A stretch of 64,000 nucleotides of DNA from Parcubacteria bacterium C7867-005 (lineage in GTDB: Bacteria; Patescibacteriota; Minisyncoccia; Phycocordibacterales; Zambryskibacteraceae): positions 190,984-254,983 of the forward strand of contig LFCO01000003.1 of NCBI GenBank assembly GCA_001189165.1. Direction: 5' to 3'. The position numbers were made by a program, and so were the translations under genes. The notes under the pieces are model-generated. The model saw only the letters and a program-made list of their open reading frames with translations. It had not been told where the DNA came from and did not search any database. Positions 27,461 through 35,783 of this stretch are shown piece by piece; position 1 is the first letter of the stretch, and each line of letters opens with the position of its first letter.

Positions 27461-28135
27461 ATGAAAATTATTAACACATATTCATTTAAAGGTGGAGAGA
27501 AATTCCTCAAGACCAAACACCCTAAAGAACTCAAGGAAGTTCAAGATGCTATCAAAGCATTGGATGCCACTCTTTGCTTAACCAAAGAGAGTAAAGAGAA
27601 AACTAAAAAAGGTCAGGTTTTGTTTTCTCCTGTAGATATGAATAATTATCTGAAACTGGTCTGTCATCAGAAAGGATGGACGACAAAAGCCGAGGAAGGC
27701 AAAAAGAGAAAGTTTGTAGAGCCACGTCACGCTTTTGGCAAAGGACGATTTCGTGAAATGGACGGTATCAAGAATAAAGTTGGTCTTGAGATTCAATTTG
27801 GGAAATACGCCTTCATGGGTTATGACATCTTTTCAAAGATGATCATTTTCAAAAACTTAAAATACATTGAGTGTGGTATAGAGATTGTTCCAAGTAATGA
27901 ATTGGTAAAATTCATGTCCACAGGAGTCTCATCTTTCGAGCAACTTCTTGTTGATTTTGAACACAGAGGAGAAAGTAATATTGATATCCCTGTTTTTGTA
28001 ATGAGTATTGGTCTTACAGATGAGGAAAAAACAAAGTCTCAAACTTTGAGAGAACTTTTCCGTACTGACAAGAAAGAAGCGCTCACGAAAATCAAGTTGC
28101 GTAAGTATAATGGATCAGCCCCTGGCCCCAAATAA
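27461..28135 (+). CDS. type II restriction endonuclease, BglII/BamHI family
   Basis: Similarity to the BamHI core (VGLEIQFGK ~ VGMEFETGN; GIEIVPS ~ LAIILMP; GVSSFEQLLVDFE ~ RVTNFEELEPYFE); catalytic spacing D-x8-E-x-Q (REMDGIKNKVGLEIQ) as in BglII; 3' end overlaps the MTase gene by 21 nt on opposite strands. Confidence 0.65.
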   Translation: MKIINTYSFKGGEKFLKTKHPKELKEVQDAIKALDATLCLTKESKEKTKKGQVLFSPVDMNNYLKLVCHQKGWTTKAEEGKKRKFVEPRHAFGKGRFREMDGIKNKVGLEIQFGKYAFMGYDIFSKMIIFKNLKYIECGIEIVPSNELVKFMSTGVSSFEQLLVDFEHRGESNIDIPVFVMSIGLTDEEKTKSQTLRELFRTDKKEALTKIKLRKYNGSAPGPK

Positions 28136-29707
28136 ACTCTCTCGAGCTTTTTTAAATTCGTCTGGCAACTCAGCAAGTTTTACACTACTGGTTGGTTGAT
28201 ACACCGGAGTCCCCATCATTCGACGGTTTAATGTTCCATCAGCGGCCGCTCTCACTCTTTCCTCAGCGATATCTAAATATTCTTTCATAATATCTGATCC
28301 ATATCCTTTGCGATCATGAATCACTGCTGCACAAACTGAGCTTCCTACGCCAAGATAGGGATCAAGTACTGCATCACCTGGGTTGGTCATGGATAACACC
28401 AATCGTTCAATAAGCTCGATCGGGAATTGACATGGATGGTCTGTTTTTTCCGGGTGATTATTTTTAACATTCGGAATATCCCAAACATCTTCGGGGTTTT
28501 TACCTAAAGGGTTACCGGACAAAGTTCCGTATTTTTCGTTTTTCTTAAAATTCTTTTTACCTGGGTACTTTTGGGGTACTCGTACAGGGTCAAGATTGAA
28601 GGTGTAATTGTCGCCTTTAGTGAACCAGACGATTGTTTCGTGTCGTCCTGAAAATCGCTTGGTGCAATGTAGACCATGGCCAAATCGCCAGATGATACGA
28701 TTGCGAAGCTTCAATCCATACTTTTTACCTATCTGATAAATCAAGGCATCTAGCGGAAAGACTTCGCCGTCTTTTGCGATATGGTTTCCGACCTGCCAGC
28801 AGATACTTCCGTCATCAGTAAGTATTCGAACTGCTTCTTCAAAGGTTTGCTCTTGTGCAGCCAGATATACATCTAAGCTTGTTCGTTTTTCGTACTCCTT
28901 ACCAATGTTATAGGGTGGTGATGTAACTATTAGTTTTACCGATTTATCTGGAATAGATTTCATTAAATCGAGGCGATCTCCTTGGAATAAAACCACATCC
29001 GCATCCGCGCTGTATTTATTTGCGATTTTAATTTTCTTCTTCCGATTGAACAGTGAGTGCTGATCTACAGCGATCACGGGTTTTTGTTTTTTTACCTCTT
29101 TTTGTTCAGTCTCCTCGCTAGTCTTTACAACATCTAAAACAATTCCCTGAATTGTTAAACGTGAAGGGTGAATAAACTTTGGCTGGAGGTCAGGATTAGC
29201 TGGCTGTAGTCTTATTTGCCCTTTTTCTTTATAGTATTTTTTGAGAGTAGCTTCGTTTTCATCTATCAAAGCAACAATTTTCTGCCCATTCTCAGCTGTT
29301 GATTGATTTCGTACAACTACCAAATCCCCATCATCAATATTTTCATCAATCATACTTGTACCTGATACACGAAGGGCATAAACTTCACCACCTTTTGGCA
29401 TTTTTGATTTTGGAATAGCTATAGTTTCTCTTTCTTGAATTGCCTCAATTGGCTCTCCTGCGGCTATAGTGCCAAGCAGAGGAATCTTTACCCAAGGTTC
29501 GTCGCTTGCAACACTGATCGCACGAGCTTTGTTATCCACCTTATCCAGATAACCCCCTTCTTTGAGCTTTGCTATGTGAAAATGTGCAGTGGAAACGGAG
29601 GCAAGCTTAAATTTCTTTTGGATATTTTCCAAAGAGGGAGCGTAACCCTTCTTTTCTAGGTAGTTTTTAATGAAGTCGAGGACTTCTTTTTGACGTTTTG
29701 TAAGCAT
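28115..29707 (-). CDS. LexA-like repressor/S24 peptidase fused to N4/N6 DNA methyltransferase (beta class)
   Basis: N-terminal 200 aa align along the whole of LexA (wHTH; cleavage-site-like IAAGEP; S24 motif GTSMIDENIDDGDLVVV; catalytic-Lys region ATLKKY). C-terminal 330 aa carry MTase motif IV LIVTSPPYNIG ahead of motif I DPYLGVGSS (beta order, SPPY). Confidence 0.75.
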   Translation of the reverse strand: MLTKRQKEVLDFIKNYLEKKGYAPSLENIQKKFKLASVSTAHFHIAKLKEGGYLDKVDNKARAISVASDEPWVKIPLLGTIAAGEPIEAIQERETIAIPKSKMPKGGEVYALRVSGTSMIDENIDDGDLVVVRNQSTAENGQKIVALIDENEATLKKYYKEKGQIRLQPANPDLQPKFIHPSRLTIQGIVLDVVKTSEETEQKEVKKQKPVIAVDQHSLFNRKKKIKIANKYSADADVVLFQGDRLDLMKSIPDKSVKLIVTSPPYNIGKEYEKRTSLDVYLAAQEQTFEEAVRILTDDGSICWQVGNHIAKDGEVFPLDALIYQIGKKYGLKLRNRIIWRFGHGLHCTKRFSGRHETIVWFTKGDNYTFNLDPVRVPQKYPGKKNFKKNEKYGTLSGNPLGKNPEDVWDIPNVKNNHPEKTDHPCQFPIELIERLVLSMTNPGDAVLDPYLGVGSSVCAAVIHDRKGYGSDIMKEYLDIAEERVRAAADGTLNRRMMGTPVYQPTSSVKLAELPDEFKKARESLFGARG

Positions 29708-29795
29708 ACTATTGACTTGATTATTGTACTTAGAGTATACTAGAAAGAAAATAGAAAATCAAAGTCGACTTATCCACAATTAATATTTAAACATT

Positions 29796-30008
29796 ATGCC
29801 CAAGTACATTAGGAACGCAGGTAAACAATGGACTTCTCAGGAAGAGAAAAGGCTTGTTCAATTAGCAAAAGAAAACACTCCGACCAGAGTAATCGGTTTA
29901 AAACTTGGAAGGCCAGCTGGTGGAGTGAGAGGAAAGGCTCAAGAATTAGATATTAGTTTGCGACCAACAAACCAATCCCCATACAATCGCACCAAGTCTG
30001 GGAAATAA
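29796..30008 (+). CDS. hypothetical small protein divergent from the LexA-MTase gene
   Basis: 70 aa basic ORF; shares the 88-bp intergenic region containing palindrome AGTATACT. Confidence 0.45.
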   Translation: MPKYIRNAGKQWTSQEEKRLVQLAKENTPTRVIGLKLGRPAGGVRGKAQELDISLRPTNQSPYNRTKSGK

Positions 30009-30019
30009 TTTAACAATCT

Positions 30020-31210
30020 ATGGAGCAAATTGAAGAATTAATTAAAAAAGCAAAAGACGACTCGGTTAACGTATCCAGCCTGCTCAGGGATATAAAGATG
30101 TTGCTCAGTGAACTTAATCAACCATTGCCAGAGTGGGTAGCTTCTGAGCTCGAAGGATATGGTAAGGCAAAGGTACCGAAGTACAGGCAGATAAAAGGAC
30201 AAATGAAAGCATGGAATCCTTTTTATGGATGGGTTCCTGTGATTCATAAGAGTTCTGAAATTGAAAATAAGGTATGTACTAGAGGTTCAGGCCAATCGAT
30301 TCGAGAATTAGAGGAATTACTTGCTGACAAATCTTCTAGTAGTTACGAGATGCCTTACCCAGCATCATTTGCAGATCAAATAATTGAAGGCGGCACGAGA
30401 ACAAAAGTGTCTCTATTTATTAGCCGCACCTCACTCACGCATATTTTAGAAACAGTAAGAAACAAGATTCTGGATTTGTTACTTGAGCTTAAGAAAAGTG
30501 ATGGTGCTGTTGAGAGAACGACAGGCGAGGTTCAGAAGGCTGTCGGAGGTATGAGATTGCCAGGTGGAATTGCACTCGGCCCATTGATGTTTAGTAAAGA
30601 TGGGAAGACAGCGAGCACAATAATGGGTCCAGCAATTATCCCATTTGATTACGGTATTACTAATTCACTCAACAATCTAAATAGAACTGATCTACCACAC
30701 GATGAGTTCCAATCAGCTTTTAATTCTCAAGTAGAAGATTTGATTGCCGAAACGCTTATATATTTTCAAAACCGACTGAAGCCTGTAGTCAAAGGAAACT
30801 CGGGGCAATTTAATAGTATCGATCGATGTATTAAGGAATATGAAAAATGCGAAATTGATGTAAAGAATTTGTGTGATGCCGAATTTCTTTTAAAAGTTGA
30901 TCAGGTACGTGGTAGAAAACACCATTCAGACAGGCGTTATGACGCTGATTACTCCATAGGTGAAGTCAGCTATGATTCAGTTGAAAAACTAAGAGAACTG
31001 AATCGTAAGGTACATACAATAATTCACGCCTTGAATGACAGTCTAGCTGTAACTCATAAAGACTACGACGTTAAGGTCACTCAGACAGCGAATAGCGTAT
31101 CAATCGAATTTACTGCAACAAGTCATGCTTTTGACTTAACTCGTGGCGGAAAGACTGTTCCTAAGAAGGAGAAGGACTCTGGTGACGAAGGGTTGGCTGG
31201 TAAGAGTTAA
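30020..31210 (+). CDS. hypothetical 396-aa protein in the R-M island (possible HEPN-like Abi protein)
   Basis: No recognisable family; weak Rx4H motif RGRKHH near the C-terminus; location next to the R-M pair. Confidence 0.5.
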   Translation: MEQIEELIKKAKDDSVNVSSLLRDIKMLLSELNQPLPEWVASELEGYGKAKVPKYRQIKGQMKAWNPFYGWVPVIHKSSEIENKVCTRGSGQSIRELEELLADKSSSSYEMPYPASFADQIIEGGTRTKVSLFISRTSLTHILETVRNKILDLLLELKKSDGAVERTTGEVQKAVGGMRLPGGIALGPLMFSKDGKTASTIMGPAIIPFDYGITNSLNNLNRTDLPHDEFQSAFNSQVEDLIAETLIYFQNRLKPVVKGNSGQFNSIDRCIKEYEKCEIDVKNLCDAEFLLKVDQVRGRKHHSDRRYDADYSIGEVSYDSVEKLRELNRKVHTIIHALNDSLAVTHKDYDVKVTQTANSVSIEFTATSHAFDLTRGGKTVPKKEKDSGDEGLAGKS

Positions 31211-31231
31211 ATCATTATAAGGCAGGTTTTT

Positions 31232-31404
31232 AGACAGAATAATCCACCGCATTCTGTCCTTTGTCCGACTTCGGTTTTGGTACCTCGAACCATTGAGGGT
31301 GAGCTTTGAATATAGCCCTCAATTCTTGTATACTTTTATCAATATCCTTGAATTTGAGCCACGTTTTCGGTTCAAACTTCGGGACATCGCCACCGCCAGA
31401 TTGG
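31232..31404 (-). repeat. about 170-bp repeat R1 (second copy R2 at 33236-33402) encoding on the minus strand the C-terminal ~45 codons of a lost or absent gene
   Basis: Minus-strand translation R1 ...TWLKFKDIDKSIQELRAIFKAHPQWFEVPKPKSDKGQNAVDYSV* vs R2 ...TAQIQDLDKSIQKLRAIYKVHPEWFEVSNLNSSKDKNEVEYPKL*; about 80% nt identity in the core. Confidence 0.75.
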
Positions 31405-31451
31405 CAACTTTGAACCCAAGCAAAATAAGGGTTTGTGCCAAAATTATCAAC

Positions 31452-31748
31452 ATGAAATTCAAGAACGACAAATTTCGCAAAAATAGAGGTGGCTATACGA
31501 GACTGCTGAAAATCAGTTGTGAAAAGTGTAGTTCTTCAATTTGCCTCTATCAGAAAGACGGCCCGGGTAACCTGCGCCGAATGTATATTGATCGAATGAT
31601 CGATCCGACAGTTTCCATTTTCCGAAAAGATCTTTCTTGTCCGAAAGGCCATCTGCTTGGAGTCAAAATAATTTACGAAAAGGAAAAGCGCCCAGCTTTT
31701 CGGCTCTTTGTGGATTCTGTAACAAAGAAGGTTGTTAAGAATAAATAA
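31452..31748 (+). CDS. hypothetical small Cys-containing protein
   Basis: 98 aa from ATG 31452 (the longer 31293 ORF runs through the repeat); the leader is shared with the REase gene leader (caacATGaaa). Confidence 0.45.
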   Translation: MKFKNDKFRKNRGGYTRLLKISCEKCSSSICLYQKDGPGNLRRMYIDRMIDPTVSIFRKDLSCPKGHLLGVKIIYEKEKRPAFRLFVDSVTKKVVKNK

Positions 31749-32298
31749 CATGTCAATCAAAATTACTTATTTCGTACACGGCACCACAACTGACAACGAA
31801 CAGCATATTTCTTCCGGTTGGAAGGATGTTGAGCTTTCCGAGCTCGGTGTACAGCAATCAATCGCACTCAAAGATCAGACTAAAGATCAAAAATTTGATG
31901 TTGTCTTTTGTTCTGACTTAAAGCGTGCTCACGACTCTGCAAAACTTGCATGGGAAGGAATATACGAAATTATTCCTGACGCTAGATTGCGTGAATGCAA
32001 CTACGGGAAACTGAATGGTGCGTCATCAGACATTGTCGAGCCGATGCAGGAAGAAGAATGTATTGAGAAGTCATTCCCTGAAGGCGAAAGTTACGAGGAT
32101 GTAAAAGCTCGCGTGGCTGATTTTCTTGAGTTTTTAAAGCAAGACTACGATGGCAAGCATATAGCTATTATCGCTCACAAGGCACCGCAATTGTCTCTTG
32201 ATGTGCTTCTTAAGGGTAAGGCTTGGGAAAAGGCTCTCGCAGAAGATTGGCGAAAGACCAAGACTTGGAAGCCTGGGTGGGAATATGAGTTGAAATAG
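31732..32298 (+). CDS. histidine phosphatase (phosphoglycerate mutase family) protein
   Basis: N-terminal ITYFVHGTTTDN (RHG-like motif) and downstream His-containing segment. Confidence 0.55.
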   Translation: MLRINNMSIKITYFVHGTTTDNEQHISSGWKDVELSELGVQQSIALKDQTKDQKFDVVFCSDLKRAHDSAKLAWEGIYEIIPDARLRECNYGKLNGASSDIVEPMQEEECIEKSFPEGESYEDVKARVADFLEFLKQDYDGKHIAIIAHKAPQLSLDVLLKGKAWEKALAEDWRKTKTWKPGWEYELK

Positions 32299-32299
32299 C

Positions 32300-33235
32300 A
32301 TGACAGAACACATTGAAAGTGAAGCAAATAAAAGACTTAGAGCGAAGTTTGATTTCGAGAAGAATGGGTTTTATGCCGTAACGCCGTACATTGACGCTCA
32401 AATTGGTTTTGGCTGTAAAAAGAAACTGAACGCACAAGACACGAAAAATGTATCGGGTATCGGGTTCTACATTTCCAATCAGACACTTAGCGACTCCAGC
32501 TCTACAAGAAAAACTTTTTACATAACGGCTACATATGGCGAGGAATTAGCCGAGGGTATTCGGATGCGAACCAAAAAGAATTTTTGCGAGCCACTCGACT
32601 TAGAGTTTCGAGATGAATTTTTCTATGATACGAAAACAGAAAAGATTTATAAGAAAGAAAAAGAGGTTGATACGAATAGTGTATTGCTAGAAGTTTACAG
32701 AAAGCATATCAAGACAACACGACCCATTATAGGTGTAATACTTCGTACCAGACTTAGATTTTGGAGAATGTGGCTGCCTTGGATTCCAAAATCACTATCC
32801 TTCTTGTCTCACTATTTCCTATGTCTAATTTCTGGTGACAGATATACCTATGAGTTTTTGTTTCAGGAAGAAACTCTAAATGGAGAAATTATTAGTTCAC
32901 AAATGGAGGGAAGGGTTGGGCGAGGAAAGAATTCGGCAAAAGTTAAAGAGGAAGATAAGGAGGCAAAACAAATTGACTTTTTTGGGAACAAAGTGCCCCA
33001 GTGGGCAATTGTATTTTACTCAATTTTACATTTGGGCGTTTGGTTCACCCTCAAGTATTTTAGTGTCAACACTGATAATTTCGAGAAATTTTTCGGTAAT
33101 AATTTCCTCTTGGTTTTGTACGTGATCGTGTCTTTTTGGATTGTTGGAACGGTTATTCCGTTTTTGCTTAAAAAGATGGTCAAATGGTTCTCAACTCTAG
33201 CTTTTCGCTCAGCCAGTAAAGCTGTCAAAGTTTAG
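32300..33235 (+). CDS. hypothetical membrane protein
   Basis: 311 aa, several TM helices in the C-terminal half. Confidence 0.5.
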   Translation: MTEHIESEANKRLRAKFDFEKNGFYAVTPYIDAQIGFGCKKKLNAQDTKNVSGIGFYISNQTLSDSSSTRKTFYITATYGEELAEGIRMRTKKNFCEPLDLEFRDEFFYDTKTEKIYKKEKEVDTNSVLLEVYRKHIKTTRPIIGVILRTRLRFWRMWLPWIPKSLSFLSHYFLCLISGDRYTYEFLFQEETLNGEIISSQMEGRVGRGKNSAKVKEEDKEAKQIDFFGNKVPQWAIVFYSILHLGVWFTLKYFSVNTDNFEKFFGNNFLLVLYVIVSFWIVGTVIPFLLKKMVKWFSTLAFRSASKAVKV

Positions 33236-33417
33236 GGTACTCCACCTCGTTCTTATCCTTGCTTGAATTCAAGTTGGACACTTCAAACCATTCAGGATGC
33301 ACTTTGTAGATAGCCCTTAGTTTCTGTATACTTTTATCAAGATCTTGAATTTGAGCCGTACTTTTGGGTCAAAGTTCCGTGCATTGTCTCCGCAGTTTGT
33401 GACTCTATAATATAGAA

Positions 33418-33660
33418 ATGAAAATATGGGTTAAGGCGCGGACGGGGGCGAAGGAGGATAAAGTGCTGGCACCACAGCCTAGGTTAATACCTGAGGAAGA
33501 GGAATGGTACATCGTGAGGACGAAGGCCTTGCCCGTGGAGGGGAAGGCGAACGAAGCCATCACAAAACTTTTGGCAGAGCATTTTAAAGTTTCTAGGTCA
33601 CAAGTAAGATTAATCCGTGGCGCCACATCCAAACAAAAAGTTTTTGATATAAAGATGTAA
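33418..33660 (+). CDS. DUF167 (YggU-like) protein
   Basis: [35 protein letters not shown] matches the DUF167 signature; TATAAT at 33406, 6 nt before the ATG. Confidence 0.7.
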   Translation: MKIWVKARTGAKEDKVLAPQPRLIPEEEEWYIVRTKALPVEGKANEAITKLLAEHFKVSRSQVRLIRGATSKQKVFDIKM

Positions 33661-33670
33661 AATAGAAGGA

Positions 33671-34159
33671 ATGAATAAAAAAATTGTACTAGCGGGTGGG
33701 TGCTTCTGGGGACTCGAAGATCTGATCAGGAAACAACCAGGAGTAGTGAATACCGAAGTGGGTTACACCGGCGGGGATAATACGGATCCAACATACGCGA
33801 ATCACTCCGGCCATGCGGAAGCGGTGGAGATAGAGTATGACCCGACTGTGACGACATACAAAAAGCTTTTGGATTTCTTCTTCCAGATACATAACCCTAC
33901 AACTCTAAATCAGCAGGGGAACGACATTGGTACCTCGTATAGGTCTGCAATATTTTATGCGAATGAGGAGGAGAGAGGGGAGGCGGAGAAATTTATAGAG
34001 ATCGTGAACGAGTCGAAGAGGTGGCCAAAGCCTGTGGTCACGAGTCTCGAGCCACTCACGAAGTTCTATAAAGCCGAGGATTATCACCAGGACTATCTGC
34101 AGAAGAATGTTGGAGGATATACCTGTCACGCCATATATTTCGATAGTTACCTAAAATAA
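33671..34159 (+). CDS. msrA: peptide methionine sulfoxide reductase MsrA
   Basis: Active-site GCFWG, conserved MsrA core. Confidence 0.9.
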   Translation: MNKKIVLAGGCFWGLEDLIRKQPGVVNTEVGYTGGDNTDPTYANHSGHAEAVEIEYDPTVTTYKKLLDFFFQIHNPTTLNQQGNDIGTSYRSAIFYANEEERGEAEKFIEIVNESKRWPKPVVTSLEPLTKFYKAEDYHQDYLQKNVGGYTCHAIYFDSYLK

Positions 34160-34174
34160 TTTGGAGACTAAAAA

Positions 34175-34198
34175 GGTTGAGTGACGGATCACTCAACC
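34175..34198. terminator. terminator hairpin between convergent genes
   Basis: GGTTGAGTGA-CGGA-TCACTCAACC with an A-run upstream (a T-run on the minus strand). Confidence 0.55.
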
Positions 34199-34558
34199 TG
34201 TGGGGGCATCGAAGGGGGAAGGTTCCCTGCTCACCACTTCACCGCGGCGGAGCTTGGCGACGATCTCATTGATCATGTCGTGGCTGAGCATCGCCTCGTG
34301 GCCCGCTCCGTTCTCGAGCATACACACGGAGCACTCTTCGTAGATCGCTTCGAGTATTTCTCGGGTCTCGCCGACCGCGCTGTCGAAGTTGTCGGAGATA
34401 TCCGTTGCTTCCCAGATGCCCTTGAAATGACCAGACTTGCCGTGGCCGAAGTAGAGGGTGTAGTTCCTCTCACTTGGACTCTTGCCGATCCAGATCTCGA
34501 GCTCGCCTGTATTCAAAAAGATCACCTTCATCAACTCCTTACTGGGGCGCTGCATCAT
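34193..34558 (-). CDS. hypothetical protein (GC-rich mini-island)
   Basis: 121 aa; GC-rich; the antisense ORF 34181..34588 is also open, so the strand is uncertain. Confidence 0.35.
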   Translation of the reverse strand: MMQRPSKELMKVIFLNTGELEIWIGKSPSERNYTLYFGHGKSGHFKGIWEATDISDNFDSAVGETREILEAIYEECSVCMLENGAGHEAMLSHDMINEIVAKLRRGEVVSREPSPFDAPTG

Positions 34559-34647
34559 TCGCTCCTTGTACAGAGGGTTGCACTATGATCGATCCTATAC
34601 CTATAGTCTGAAATTGCAAGAATTCTTTGTGCTAAAATAATTAGGTC

Positions 34648-35073
34648 ATGAAATACACACAAAAACAAAAGAATCTTTTAATAGTTGGTGGTGCAGTTGT
34701 CGTCCTTATCCTCATTATTTTATTCGTCAAAGGGGGACCTGACGCTGCGGTGAATAGTTATCTAAAAGAATCCCAAGGCACTGTCGCCCTCGAAGGAGGC
34801 AAGATCAAAGTGACGGGCAAGTTCGACTGCCTCCCATACAAGAACGGCAAGGATGTGACCGAAGCGAACTGCGTACTCGGCCTAAAGAACAACGACGGAC
34901 TCTACTACGCTCTGAACACTTCCAAGGCCACATCAAATGCAGAAACCATGACCCCAGATGATTATGTAGTGATGACCGGTTCACTTGTCCGAGTAGAAGC
35001 AGCGGCCAATGTCATGTGGAAAGAATACAAGATCGAGGGGATACTCGCGGTTGACCTCATCTCTGCAGAATAG
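34648..35073 (+). CDS. hypothetical membrane-anchored protein
   Basis: N-terminal TM helix, 141 aa. Confidence 0.5.
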   Translation: MKYTQKQKNLLIVGGAVVVLILIILFVKGGPDAAVNSYLKESQGTVALEGGKIKVTGKFDCLPYKNGKDVTEANCVLGLKNNDGLYYALNTSKATSNAETMTPDDYVVMTGSLVRVEAAANVMWKEYKIEGILAVDLISAE

Positions 35074-35739
35074 TTAGTGGGCGACAGCCAAGCAAAGTAT
35101 TTTCTTTGCACCAGCTTTCTTTAGTGCACGTCTGGCTTCTCCAAACGTAGATCCAGAAGTAGTCACATCGTCGAGGACCACCACACATCTGCCTCTCACT
35201 CTTTCAGTGTTCAACACCACGATCGAGTTTACGAGGTTTTCTTCTCGCTCACGTTTGGTGGCGTGGCTCCGTGCCTGACTATCCGAATGTTTTGTTTTGG
35301 ACAATATGTCTTTGGAGTATTCAAACGCATCACTGTCTATATTTTGCATCACCTCGCCGAGCATCTCTGTTTGATTCCATCCCCGGTCCCTCCGTCGTTT
35401 GTTTGAGATGGGTATAGGGAGGAGGAGTGGGGTGTTGCTCCACAGAGATTCAAACAAAGCTTTGTCAGCTATCTCTGACTTCAAAACATCCACCAAGATA
35501 GAACCGAGTTTTAGAGCGATCTTTTTATTACCTTTGTACTTGAGTTCCCAGATTATTTCTTTGACCGTCTTGTCCTTGTAGCTCCATACGGCCAGGATAT
35601 TCTCATCTTTCAAATCTGTGGCGGGGGAGAGTGTCTCGAGGAGCATTTGGTTCGACATACCCTCTATCTCTATAAGTGATATTGTCTTTGGGAAAAGAAA
35701 ATCCAAGAAATACTCCACTGTTTCTCGGATAATGTGCAT
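35074..35739 (-). CDS. comFC: ComF-family protein (phosphoribosyltransferase domain)
   Basis: C-terminal PRTase motif VVLDDVTTSGSTFGEA; sits beside the T4P genes. Confidence 0.7.
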   Translation of the reverse strand: MHIIRETVEYFLDFLFPKTISLIEIEGMSNQMLLETLSPATDLKDENILAVWSYKDKTVKEIIWELKYKGNKKIALKLGSILVDVLKSEIADKALFESLWSNTPLLLPIPISNKRRRDRGWNQTEMLGEVMQNIDSDAFEYSKDILSKTKHSDSQARSHATKREREENLVNSIVVLNTERVRGRCVVVLDDVTTSGSTFGEARRALKKAGAKKILCLAVAH

Positions 35740-35783
35740 TCGTACATCATAAACAAATAAAGACGCATGTTATACTCATATAT

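Noticed and set aside
27461-28135. Inferring the R-M recognition site from AGATCT/GGATCC avoidance in the window
   Set aside because: Both hexamers occur several times in the window (e.g. AGATCT near 1669, 6071, 7600; GGATCC near 7144), so no depletion signal; specificity cannot be inferred from this sequence alone.
31293-31451. N-terminal 53 codons of ORF 31293..31748
   Set aside because: This part lies inside repeat R1, whose conserved reading frame is on the opposite strand. The ATG at 31452 coincides with the conserved cassette leader (caacATGaaa) also seen at 27461.
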